This document shows positions 12,966 through 25,212 of a stretch of DNA of 64,000 nucleotides, one piece after another. Within the stretch, counting starts at the first letter, position 1. Each line of letters begins with the position of its first letter. Location of the stretch: positions 49,414,001 through 49,478,000 of the forward strand of contig OX597820.1 of NCBI GenBank assembly GCA_951406725.2, in the 5' to 3' direction. The stretch comes from Octopus vulgaris (taxonomy: Eukaryota). The notes under the pieces were generated by a model, which was not told where the DNA came from, made no database searches, and was given only the letters and a program-made list of their open reading frames with translations. The translations under genes were made by a program, and so were the position numbers.

Positions 12966-13345
12966 CTATTCTTTTACTTGTTTGTCATTTGACTGTGGCC
13001 ATTCTGGAGCATCGTCTTTAGTCGAGAAAATCGACCCCAGGACTTATACTTTGTAAGCCTAGTACTTATTCTATTGGTCTCTTTTGCTGAACCACTAAGA
13101 GTTACAGGAATGTAAACACACCAGCTTCGGTTGTCAAGCGAATTTGGGGGACAAACACAGACACACAAACATACACACACACACACACATATATATATAC
13201 ATATATACGATGGGCTTCTTTCAGTTTTTGTTAACCAAATCCCCTCACAAAGCTTTGGTCGGCCCAAGGCTATAGTAGAAGACACTTGCCCAAGGTGCCA
13301 CGCAGTGGGACTGAACCCGGAAACATGTGGTTCGTAAGCAAGCTA
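12966..13345 (-). mobile_element. SINE family A copy
   Basis: Reverse complement of the family A consensus (TTTTACTTGTTT..GTCATTTGACTG ... GACACTTGCCCAAGGTGCCACGCAGTGGGACTGAACCC). Confidence 0.88.
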
Positions 13346-14030
13346 TGAAATATGTATAGAGAAGGTAGGTACAGGTACTTTAAATTATGTCATGCGTAGC
13401 ATAATTTACGTGATGCCTATGTGAGGAGAAAAGAGATTTGTAAGTTTAATTCATTAAATCAATTTCACTAATTAACTACCAGCAAATGCTTCCCAATCTA
13501 TGATCGAATTAAAATGGTCTTTGGCAAATGGCATCTGTGTTTGTTGTTGTTGGTGATGATGTTGTCGTTGCTGCTACAGTTGCTGATGCTGTTGTTGTTT
13601 AGCCCCAAGCCAATCATGACACAGCAGATCTGTGATCAAAAACATGCTAGATATTCCTATTCTATCCCTCATTCTATATAGAGCACCTCGGACTATATTA
13701 CGCATGTGTTTTTCTTTATATTCTTCAAGTCTTGAACGCAGCAGGAAGTGATATGATAGAGATCTACTTTCTGTTTCTACCAGAGTGAACTCAAACTTGG
13801 AATGCTGATTTAAAGTTGTTGTTTTTTTTTTTTTTCTTCTCGTATATATCTTAAGGAATTTTTCAATATCAATATACGGTTGCAGCAAGATAACCTAGTG
13901 TGCTAAAACCTTATGCAAGTTTACAAATCAATAACATTTTCACTGCTCACACCACTCCAGATCACTCCCTTACGTGTGTTTTTCTCCTTAGCTCTGTCTG
14001 TCTCTCGGTCTCTGTCTCTATCTCTGTCTA

Positions 14031-14067
<37 letters not shown>

Positions 14068-14672
14068 TTCCTTCTCCCTCTGCTTATCTGTCAGTCTATT
14101 TATCTCCCTATATCAGTTTCTTTGCACACTCACACACACATATACATATACATACATATATATGTATGCATGTATGTTTGCATATATATGTATAGATGTA
14201 TGTTTGTTTACCTTTTCTTAGTCTCTACCTGCCTTTCTCATCTCATTTTCCAAATTTTTTTTCTTCAAAATAAAACTTTCATAAGTTCGTAGTTCTGTAA
14301 TTCCTTCCAACACTCATTCGTGTTACTCCTGTCTGCATAGACAGACTAATTCTTTATCCCTCCTTATCTATCTTCTACTTTCCAGCTCTTTCTTTCTCTC
14401 TCACACAACCAAACATACTCACGCATACTCACTTATATATTACGTGTGCACCTGTGTGTGTGTACGCGTGTGTATGTGTATGTGTGTGCCTGTGTGTGTG
14501 GACGTGTGTGTATATGTAATGTATGTATGCGTGTGTGTTTCGTTTTAGTCAGAGATGTACACAAATCCAGGTATATTTTATAAGGAAGTCATATATTTAA
14601 ATACGCTATCAAATATTTATTATGGGAAATGATTACAACGACTTCGAAGTTTCATAACAGCTACCTTCGTCA

Positions 14673-14736
<64 letters not shown>

Positions 14737-14751
14737 AGAGAGAGACATACA

Positions 14752-14797
<46 letters not shown>

Positions 14798-14957
14798 TAC
14801 ATACATACATAATGAGAAAGAGAGAGAGAGGAGGAGGAGACAAAAGATAGATATAGATACAGACACATCCAAATGCATACAAGCACACATACGCACGCAC
14901 ATATATATACATATACATACATACCTGCATACACATATAATATAAATATATATGCTT

Positions 14958-15302
<345 letters not shown>

Positions 15303-16490
15303 ATATGTTTCTTTATTAGCCACACAGGGCTGCACACAGATAGAACAAATTACAAGGTAGAGCTTTTCTTTTGAAGGTTTAAAAAAAAAAAAAAAAAAAA
15401 AAAGGAAGGGGGAGTTTCGATCAAAAGGGATCGTAAAAGGAGAGAAAGAGGACAAAAAAAGGGGGTTAAAAAAAAAAAGGGGGAGAGGAAAAAAAAATTG
15501 ATCAATAGGGATCGTTATCACAGAAATGTCAATATGAAGTGTAAAGGGGAGGACAGGTGAGGTTTACCCGTGGAAAGAAAAGCCTACGGAAAAGACCACG
15601 GTAACCTCGGTCAATGAAGTCACATTTTATATTTCTTTTTTTTTTTTTTTTTTTTTTTTGCAAATAAGCAACTCTCTGTTTTCGATTTCTGGGTTCATAG
15701 GACTATGCTCAAGGTGGCTTCGTCATTCATACGTGCCATTCTTGCTACATTCACCCATCTTTTTTAAAACATTCGCTAGACAAAACTTGCCTCTCTACTC
15801 TCACTTTCCTTTTCAAGTGGTACTTGAAGAAGTTGATGAGAGATTGACCAGAGAGGAAAGTGTTTGTCTCCAATCCTTTCAGACGCGTCCACCAGATACA
15901 TTCTTTCGCCATAGCCACAAGGATGATGAAAATAGCTCTTCCTTCCCGTTTGAAGGAAGGAGGCGTGACAATATTGACGATAGACTCAGCTGATAAACCG
16001 ACTCGTCCCACACGTGACAGCAGTTGTTCGACATAAGCCCACAGGTCGGAAATTGTTGGGCACTGAACGAGTGCGTGCAGAACGGTTTCGTCGCTCTGAC
16101 CGCATCTCGGGCAGGTCGGCCCCGTGTTTCTCGAGCCGTGTCTGTAGAGCTTATCCCGAACGGGTAGCGCTTCTCGGTAGCACTGCCAGGCCAGGGATCT
16201 CTGGAAGTTGTCCATGGGCCCTGGCCCGAAGGTCGTCCTGAACAGGCGGGTCAGGTACTCCTCGTCGACGTCCAGGTTCGCCCCGAGTTCGTCGTCGTAC
16301 CTCCCCTCCACTAAACCCCTATAGAATGCTTTGGTTGTGTTGAAGTCACTTAAGGTCGACCCAGGACGGCAGAGTTGCTTGAGAGCAACGCGACACTCGC
16401 GGTGCCATTCGCCCTTCCTCGGCCTCTTTTTGATCCACGACTGCAGTTCGGTCATGGAGACGAGCTGCGGGAAAGCGTGCCTCACAAACG
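15303..16490 (-). mobile_element. 5'-truncated Tx1/L1-clade LINE (ORF2 C-terminus with zf-RVT/CCHC motif, plus 3' UTR) inside (GATA)n
   Basis: ORF 15751-16490 reads RSLAWQCYREALPVRDKLYRHG..TCPRCGQSDETVLHALVQCPTISDLW..MAKECIWWTR. It is GC-rich relative to the flanks. AATAAA lies at 15317-15312, immediately before (TCTA)n, and GATA repeats flank both sides. Confidence 0.9.

Positions 16491-16557
<67 letters not shown>
16491..16557. repeat. (GATA)n microsatellite
   Basis: Direct reading of the sequence. Confidence 0.95.
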
Positions 16558-17007
16558 CAAAGAGCTATAATTATTGAGACAAACAAGCGCATAATGAAAA
16601 GGACATAAGTACATTCAAAACAACGCTGTACAAACACAAACGTGCGCATGCTCGCGCTTACGCACAATTTCGTTCCCTATCGTTCATATGCCCTCCTACC
16701 TTTATACATAGTTTTACTGCTAAACTAAAAAATAATCAAAAGAATCAAAAACAAAAAAAATCAACAAATTGTCCCCATTCATAAAATGCATGAAGAAAGG
16801 ACAATCTGCCATCTGCCAACACGTGCACCATCCCTGCAGGGACGTATGCACTTTTATAATATTTTATCTACTCAAACTCTGCCATGTGGCACATGCAGTA
16901 GCAGCAGCGGCAGTAGTTGTAGAGGAGTTAGGATGGCGTTGGTGGTGGCAATTGGGAACCTACTGCATGCCGTAGTAATAACTGTGATGTGGTTCGTGTT
17001 TTTCTTA

Positions 17008-17008
17008 C

Positions 17009-17073
<65 letters not shown>

Positions 17074-17104
17074 AAGTTGTAGTAGAAGTAGTAGTGGTAC
17101 TAGC

Positions 17105-17178
<74 letters not shown>

Positions 17179-18156
17179 TAGTAGTAGTCGGGGTTGTGGT
17201 GGTGATGACAGCGGCGGTGGTGTCGGTGACTTCGGCATCGATGGTGTCGGCGTAGACAATGGCGGCAGTGACTGAAGTGGTAGCAGAGGTGATGTTGGTA
17301 AGAAGTAGTGGTGGTGGTGATGGTGGTGGTATAGTAGTAGTGCTGGTGGTGATGATGGTTATGGTAGTGGTGGTGGTTGTGGTAATGGTGGTGGTGGTGG
17401 TAGTCGTGGTGTTGTTAATGGTGGTTTGGTGATGGTGGTGTATGTTGTTGTTACTGGTGGTGGTGGTGTTTGTTGTTGTTGTTACTGTTGTTGGTGGTGG
17501 TGGTGTTAGCGGTGGTTTTGGTGGTGGTGGTATTGGCGGCAGGATTTAGAAAATTTCATTCAAAACTGCTAGGCCTTCTTTCTACCACAGGTTTTCTTCC
17601 TTTTTCTTCTTCCTCGTGGGCAAAAGCACCACCAGCACCAACACCGGTACACTACCACCACCTATACCTCTACAACCAGTGCTGAAACACCAGAACCACC
17701 ACTGTCATGATTCACTGTGAACATCACCACGACCACCACCGCTAATCACTAAAGGAAGCCATTATGACAGTGACTTCTACTACTACTACTACCTACTCTC
17801 CCCGTCGTTACAACAACACCACGTTGGTGGTGGTAATTGTGAACCTACTGCATGCCGTAGTAACAGAAACACCACTATTAGCGATAATAGGACTACTACT
17901 ACCATCACCACCATCACCACCGCCAATACTACTTCTATTACAGAAAATATAATTTCAAGACCGTTAATATTACCATCTACAACACCAATACCACCACCAC
18001 CAACAACAACAACAACAACAACAACAGCTCCACCATCACCCGCAGAGCCACAGATATCACCACCACAGCCCTGCAGTGAATTAAAGAGCAACAATTTTCG
18101 AATCAACATAACTCTTTAAAAAATGAGCTCACTTAAAGAATGCGCATTAAAATTTT

Positions 18157-18188
<32 letters not shown>

Positions 18189-18240
18189 TTTAATTATTAT
18201 TATTATTATCACTATTATCATGATCATTGTTATTGTTGAT
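17008..18240. repeat. Compound (GTA)n/(GGT)n then (ACC)n/(CAA)n trinucleotide low-complexity tract
   Basis: Direct reading. The strand bias flips near 17550-17620. Confidence 0.85.
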
Positions 18241-18859
18241 GTTATCCTCGTTATTTTGGGAGACATCCTCATTGTGAAGTTATTGTGAAACTTTAAATTT
18301 GTATACCTTAAAATTGCACAATGACTTCATAATGACACAGCATTTATAAGTTAACCATTATTGGGTTATTTGCTATTCTATTAACAAAATGAAGTTATTG
18401 AAAAGAAAATAAAGCTTTAAGAATGAAAAATAACGGAACAACAGCATTATTGTTCATGCGCTGGGAAAATTCGAGCATCGGTATGTGAGTATGTGTGTGT
18501 ATCCGTTTCTTGTGTAAATGCATCTATGTACGGATGTATGTAAATATATTATTCTTTGAAAATGTATATATTTTGTCTATAAATATATATACATATACAT
18601 ATGTGTATATATATATGTGTGTCTGTATGTGTGTGAATGTGCGTGGCTGTGTGTATGTATGTATGTATGTATGTATGTATGTATGTATGCATGTATTAAT
18701 GTATGTATGTATGTATGTATGTATGTATGTATGTATGTATGTATGGATGTATGTAGGTAGGTAGGTAGGTATGTATGTATGTATCTATCTCTCTATATAT
18801 ATGCGTATGTATGTGGGTATTAACATGCGTAACGATATATTTTTACACTTGCATATTAC

Positions 18860-19000
18860 TAAGATGGCTGACAATAAAATGTAGACGACCGTCCGAATGG
18901 ATTATAAGAACGTTCAGATCAAGAGGGCGAGAAACAACGACAGCCATTTTTAAGACATTATTCCAAAGCCGTCTAGATTATGCAAACAACGCTTTTGATC
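18860..19000 (+). mobile_element. CR1/L2-type LINE reverse transcriptase C-terminal remnant
   Basis: KCRRPSEWIIRTFRSRGRETTTAIFKTLFQSRLDYAN resembles the CR1 motif GWILRTF.SR.....LFK.LV..RLEY. Confidence 0.65.
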
Positions 19001-19149
19001 AATAATTGTTGCTATCATATTAAACACATTTGTATTAAAAATGATTATACATATATATATACGCGTGACTGTGTGTGCTCACACGCGTGCGTACGTGTGT
19101 GTGTGTGTGTGTGTGACATGTATGTGTATGTATGATGCGTGAAAGTAGG

Positions 19150-19364
19150 TAGGAGGGGTGCGGAAAAGTTCCTGGCTTTGGGTCAAAGAAAATACAGGAG
19201 GACAGTTATGAATTTATTCAACATATTCCCCGCTGAGATTCACACACATATTGCAGCGACCTTCAGTTTTTCTAAGCGCGGTAAAATGAACTCGAACGGT
19301 TGAGCTTCCAGCCATGCCTTTCGCTTCATGCTTAAAACCAGGAACTTTTCAGCTCCATCTCGTA
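19150..19364 (-). mobile_element. mariner-derived MITE
   Basis: TIRs GAGGGGTGCGGAAAAGTTCCTGG / CCAGGAACTTTTCAGCTCCATCTCGTA. The internal minus strand reads CNMCVNLSGEYVE* (mariner transposase C-terminus). Confidence 0.8.
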
Positions 19365-19502
19365 AATATATTTGCTGGTTGGTAGCAAATAACCTTTATC
19401 AATATCATCGTTTCTTAATGATGGCGATAAGTATTGTCGCTTCTTTTAGCCCTGCTCAGACCAGACCATGCTGACAATTCCGCGTTTTGTGTACGACTAG
19501 GG

Positions 19503-19819
19503 CAGGCCTCGACAACTCGAATTACATTGCGGGCCACTTTAATTACAGAAAGCTTTTTGAGGGCCAGTTGTATACTTTATGCTCTAATTAATTAATCAAA
19601 TTACAGAATCAAGGATTTTTTATACTTTTTGTTTGTTTAAAATTATAAAATTGTAGCTTATTGCTTTATTGCCACTTATAAATTTTTAATTTATTTTGAA
19701 ACAAATGTTTTATACAAACAATTTTATTTTGAAATTAAACATAATAAAGAGGTCACACATTTGAAGAAATTATCAAGCGGGCCGCAAGGTTAAAGCGGGC
19801 CTCAGGTTGTCCAGCCCTG
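19503..19819. mobile_element. hAT-superfamily MITE
   Basis: TIRs CAGGCCTCGACAAC / GTTGTCCAGCCCTG, a perfect 8-bp TSD GACTAGGG (19495-19502, 19820-19827), and subterminal GCGGGCC repeats. Confidence 0.88.
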
Positions 19820-20251
19820 GACTAGGGCAATGTTATTTTCCAATGTGTTCCTAATGTCATCAGAGTGTAGGGAAGTAATTTGAGCGTCCAATAACATGAT
19901 CATCATCATCATTAAACTACCTCCTCCCCACACACTACCGCCACAACTACCGCCGCCACAACTACCGCCGCCACTACCAACACCACTACCACCATACCCA
20001 TGGTAGAATCGTCTGATATCATATCTTATCCTGGACAACTTTGCCTGGCATTCTTCCGGGGAGAAAAGGCGCTAAAATATAGTCCAGATATAAGGTTTGA
20101 TATTGGTATAATACGTAATGAGAAAATAGTTTTGGTACGATCCCACAACCTGAGTTAAATCTGGTTCCTATGGACTGTATGCGACCGAGAGTTTACCATT
20201 CCGTCTACCTTTGAAAGGAACGTTAGTCTGTTGCAGATTTAACCCCCGGAT

Positions 20252-20285
<34 letters not shown>

Positions 20286-21569
20286 ACACACACACACATA
20301 CACACACACACTATCACCAGCTCCACCTGTAGCCGGTACTCATTTTCGCCTGAATGGCCTAGAGGAGCGTGACTTCAAATGTTTTGCTGAAAACAAAAGC
20401 ACAACGTAACACTTAACAATTCGCCCGGTCTAAGAATCGAAACCCCAAACTCATGATCTGGAGACAAACATCCTAACCACTAGTCCACGCACCTTTAAAA
20501 GTTCGATATAATACTCGTATAAAGCAACGGTTGCCAGGCTTTAACTACAGTAACCTATTTCGATAAATCAATAATCTTCTACCCCCACCCCCATACTTTT
20601 TTCTATTTCTTTTCTTTTTTTTTTTTGTTAAATATTTCAATAAATGACAAAAGACAGCACTTAACATTTGATAGTTCCCTTCGGGGAAATATTCTTCAGT
20701 TTATTTGTATGTTTTTCTTGTGTTATAAGCTCCCCTTTGTGCCACCTATGGCGTATTGTAATAGCTTATTCATGAACATTTTACATTTTATCGAATATTA
20801 CAGCTGTAAAGTTAAAGATTTTGTCGTCGAGAATTATTCACATTCTCCTTTTCCCTGCTTCCTCTAACTCTTTCTCTCTCCCTCTCTTGCTCATTCTCAT
20901 TGCTTTTCGTTCTTCTGCTATTCCACACTATCGCCTTTTTCTCTTCCTCTTCCTCTGTTCCGCTTCTTCTACCTTTTCATCTTTCTCCTCATATCTATTC
21001 TCTATATCCTTCACATCAGAGTCTAAGATTCTTCGTCAAAGTTGTCTGTTTTCTCTTCTTTTTTCTTCTCCCTACCTAGCTTCTCCCTTTTCATCTTCAC
21101 TTCTACCTCCTCTTCATTGTCTTCATCTTCCACGTCTTTCTCTTCTTCCTCAACTTTACTATCTTCTCTCTCGTCTCCTTAAGACCGCAAATCGACGACC
21201 GGCCCTTAGTGACTTCATTGACAAGCGTTCTCTATCGTCACCTGTTTTGAGATGGATCTCAGCACTTAATGCATCTCTGCCAACATGATCTCCCAATTGA
21301 CTCTTACCAGGATTAACACAAAGCTCGTGAATGTGGAAAACGAGTGGCAAATACAGCTGAAGTATGTTACTCACTGCTTGAACACAATATTTATCAGGCT
21401 AAGAGGATTGATGAGCTTCTCGATCTAAACCGTATATCTTAGAATTAAGGTCTGTGTAGGAAGACTGCGGCCTGCAATACTATCACCGCAACTCGAAACT
21501 TCCACTTTTAGTGGCAACCATATACAGGACAACTAAAGCATCCTAAACTTGAATGCAAATATTGATTGC

Positions 21570-21925
21570 ACAACACCAGCAATTTCGGGGGATTACATCG
21601 ATCCCTATACTCAACTGGTACTTATTTTATCGATCCCGAAAGGATGAAAGACCAAGTAGACCTCGTTGGAATGTGAATTCAGAATGTAAGATGGACGAAA
21701 TACCTATTTCTTTACTACCCACAAGGGGCTAAACAGAGAGAGGACAAACAAACGGATTAAGTCGATTACATCTACCCCAGTGCGTATCTGGTACTTAATT
21801 TATCGACCCCGAAAAGATGAAAGGCAAAATCGTCCTCGGCGGAATTTGAACTCAGAACGTAACGGCATACAAAATACGGCTACGCATTTCGCCCTGCGTG
21901 TTAACGTTTCTGCCAGCTCGCTTGA
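21570..21925 (-). mobile_element. SINE family B copy with internal tandem duplication
   Basis: Two CTGGTACTT..TTTATCGA.CCCGAAA.GATGAAAG..AA..CG.CCTCG units, the same layout as 53715-54100. Confidence 0.85.
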
Positions 21926-22153
21926 ATGAATGGAATTATGACAAAACTCCATTACAACGACTATTGTCATCATCATCATCATCATCATTATCACCATCAC
22001 TACCTTCATCACTCCATAATCTTTCTCTTCCTTCTCCTCATCATCAATACTAAAACTTACCCTTGTGGTCATTATTGCCTTAACTTACTACCGTGATTTG
22101 AAATTCGCATAACAATATATAAAACTTAATATCAAGATGCTATGGAATGCCAA

Positions 22154-22458
22154 GTGGAGGCACATGGCCTAGTGGTTAAATCAGCGGACTCGCGGTCGAG
22201 GGATCGCGGGTTCGAATCTCAGACCGGGCCATGTGTGTGTTTATGAGTGAAACACCTAAGCTCCACGCGGCTCCAACAGAAGGTAATGACGAACTTCTGC
22301 TGACTCTTTCGCCACAACTTTCTCTCACTCTTTCCTCCTGCACCCTTCAGCTCACCTGCGACGGACCGGCGTTCCGTCCAGGTGGGGAACCTATACGCCA
22401 GAGAAACCTGGAAACCGGCCCTATGAGCCAGACGTGGCTCGAGAAGGGACAAACAACA
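22154..22458 (+). mobile_element. tRNA-derived SINE family C (Meta/V-like core), full length
   Basis: A box TGGCCTAGTGG, B box GGTTCGAATCT, core CCTGCGACGGACCGGCGTTCCGTCCAGG, (AAC)n tail, and TSD ATGGAATGCC (22142-22151, 22459-22468). Confidence 0.88.
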
Positions 22459-23129
22459 ATGGAATGCCTAACTGGTAATAAAGCTTAGTTGTAATTAATT
22501 CTGAGAACTATGTTATCACTGGCCAAACCGACTTTGTTCAAATACATTCCAACCATTAATATCTCTTTTTTTTTTCTTTTTAACTATTATTTGAAAAGTA
22601 TATTCTGGTACGACACTGACTTTTTAGATAATGAGTGTCTAGAACCTTTTACAATCTGCAAGAATTTACGAGCAGGAACTTCAAATTCCTGAGGCGCCAG
22701 TCTACTTTACTACTGCCTTGCAAATAGTAGTACCTTGCACAGTTCAGTAATAATAACCTTGTATCTTTTATAATAAAATACAGGTACCTGCATTTCATTC
22801 AATTATTTAAGAAAAATTTGTCCCACATTTATCGCTTGCCAACTGATGTTGGTGCGTTTACGTCTCTGTTACTTAGCAGTTCGGCAAAAAGTCCTGGGGT
22901 GGATTTTTTTGACTATAAGAGATGCTCCAGCATGGCCAGACCTTTGATTGACATATTTCCACTGTGACCAATACGCAGTTTTATATCGAAGTCTAAAACT
23001 AGCGGCAAGGAATTACCGAAATTCCAATTAGATGGCTGCTATTTCCAACACGCCGAGTGCTCACCAACAGGCTGAGTGCCCTCCTTGGCCCTAGTTGACA
23101 CGTGGTGTTAGTTCATGGTATAAAATACC

Positions 23130-24165
23130 GTATCGGTGGCAGTATGATAGTAGTTTAGACTGTCTTGGAGGAGGTAATAGTAGTAGCGGCGGCACTTGTG
23201 GTGACTACGATGGTCAAGGTGGTGCTGGTAGTGGTAGTGATGGTAGTGGTAGTGATGGTAGTGGTAGTGCTGCCTGTGGTAGTAGTGGTGATAGGTGTGG
23301 TGATGGTAATGGTAGGGATGGTTGTAGTATTGGTTACAGTTGTGTTAATGGTAATGGTGGTGGTAGCAGTAGTTGTGATTGTTCGGGCGGCTGTCGTACC
23401 GACTCTGGTGTTAAGTGTAATGCAGAGAGTTGTGATGATGGTGGTGGCAACGACGGTGGTGGTGGTCATGGTGTTTGTGCTGGAGGTGGCTATGGACGAA
23501 AATATGAGAGTTTTCGTGATAGTAGTAGTAGTAGTAGTAGTTAGTAGTAGTGATGATAATGAAGACAGGTGGTAATGCTGCTGGTTGTGGTGGTGGTGGT
23601 GGTGGTGGTTGTGGTGGTGGTCGTCGTCGTCGTATCACTAATAATAGTAGTGTTAGTGATGATAGAAAGATAATGGTGGTGGTACGATGGTGGATGTGGT
23701 AGTGGCTGCAGTTGTTGCAGTAACAATGGTGAAAAAGATAATAGAAGCGTAGCAGTGGTGGTGATGGTAGTAGTGTTGGTTGTGGTCATGGTAATGGTAG
23801 TAGCCGGTAGTAGTGAGTGATGATAGAAAATTAGTAGTGGTAGTGATGGTGGTTGTAGTAATGGTTAGCGGCGGTGGTGGTGGTGGTGGTGGTGGTGGCG
23901 GTTAGTGATGGTGGTGGTAGTGATTGAGGTGGTGGTAATGGTTGAGGTGGTGGTAATGGCTTTGATGGTGAAAGTGATGGTGGTAATGGTACTAGTGTTG
24001 CTGGTGCTGGTGGTACTGGTGGTGCTGGTGGCGGTGATAGTGGTGGTGGTGGTGGTGGTAGTGGTAGTGATGGTGGTGGTGGTGGTGGTGGTGGTGGTGG
24101 TGGTGGTGGTGTCGGCGGTGGTACTGATTGTGGTGTTAGTCGTCGCCGTCATCGTCGTCGTCGTA
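23130..24165. repeat. Degenerate (GGT/AGT)n low-complexity tract
   Basis: Direct reading of the sequence. Confidence 0.9.
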
Positions 24166-24485
24166 TGACGTAATTAATGCCAGTGCTGCCATCTTTTAAG
24201 CAAGGATTGCCGTAGGACATGACTCCATGGTCATCATCAGCTGGTTCTATCTACAGACTTGATTGGTTTATTTATTGGCTGCAACACGTATTTCCTTCCC
24301 TTTACTTCCGGTAATTCCATGACAGTAAATCGCTTCAGCAGAGAAATGACTCAGAACTGAGAGGCTCTTTGACTAATTCCTTGCCAATCAGCAATCTACG
24401 CAGACAACGAAATCATCGAGACATCGTGACAAATTCACCCTTCCTCTCTATTAATTGGCTTCCACTTCTCTGTGACTGACGCACT
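24165..24485. promoter_or_regulatory. Candidate enhancer or promoter: dense transcription-factor motif cluster
   Basis: TGACGTAA, four CCAAT/ATTGG boxes (GATTGG, ATTGGCT, GCCAATCAG, AATTGGCT), ETS ACTTCCGG and AP-1 ATGACTCA within about 320 bp of unique sequence. Confidence 0.35.
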
Positions 24486-24930
24486 AAATTACACTCCATT
24501 CTTGCAATTAGTTTCTAATTTAGAATCCAATGCTAAATGACCAAAATCTTTTTGCATGATTTTTTTCTTTTTTTTTATTACTTTTTTGTGTGTTTCTCTT
24601 TGTTGTTTTTCCTGTATGAATAACTTAATGATACGATTTCTAGATGTATTTTCTTGATGATGATAATTTTGGAACAAATCCAAGTAGAGTGTATTGTTGT
24701 TGTTGATGTTGGTTAGCTCCAAATCAGCCATGGCAGAGCAGATCTATGATCAAAGACGTTCCAGTGGAGACGAGACCAGTTTTTCCAGGTTGGGCTAGAA
24801 GTAGCGAGCTACTTTTCAGGAATGATTATACATGTGTGTATGCGACTCTGCGTGTGTAAGCGCGCTTGCATGTGTGTGTACACATATATAGACATACAAA
24901 CATACATGAATTTATACATATGCGTGTGTC

Positions 24931-25008
<78 letters not shown>

Positions 25009-25159
25009 TATAATTTAGGGTATCTAAGAGATACCCTAAATTATAATTTTAAATAATCATTACCTTTGAAAGGTTTTTATTCCCATGCTGAGCCCCTGAT
25101 AAGATCGATATTTAAATATCGATCTTATCCTTTTTTATATAAATTTATATATATATATT

Positions 25160-25212
<53 letters not shown>

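Noticed and set aside
15658-16241. + strand ORFs of 111 aa and 75 aa
   Set aside because: Antisense shadows of the GC-rich Tx1 ORF2.
16491-16614. N-terminal part of the 287-aa ORF 15751..16614
   Set aside because: Read-through from host DNA and the (TCTA)n array into the truncated LINE; not a real start.
21180-21540. GC-richer segment, possibly a minus-strand RTE 3' remnant
   Set aside because: The motifs are too degraded to support a call.
22154-22228. tRNA-like sequence with A and B boxes
   Set aside because: It is the head of a SINE (continues into core and tail, with a TSD) and has no proper acceptor stem. The same applies at about 26245-26320 and 7385-7457.
23095-23544. Gly/Ser/Cys-rich 149-aa ORF resembling a structural protein
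   Set aside because: Degenerate (GGT/AGT)n tract that is open in several frames on both strands, with no ATG start or splice support.
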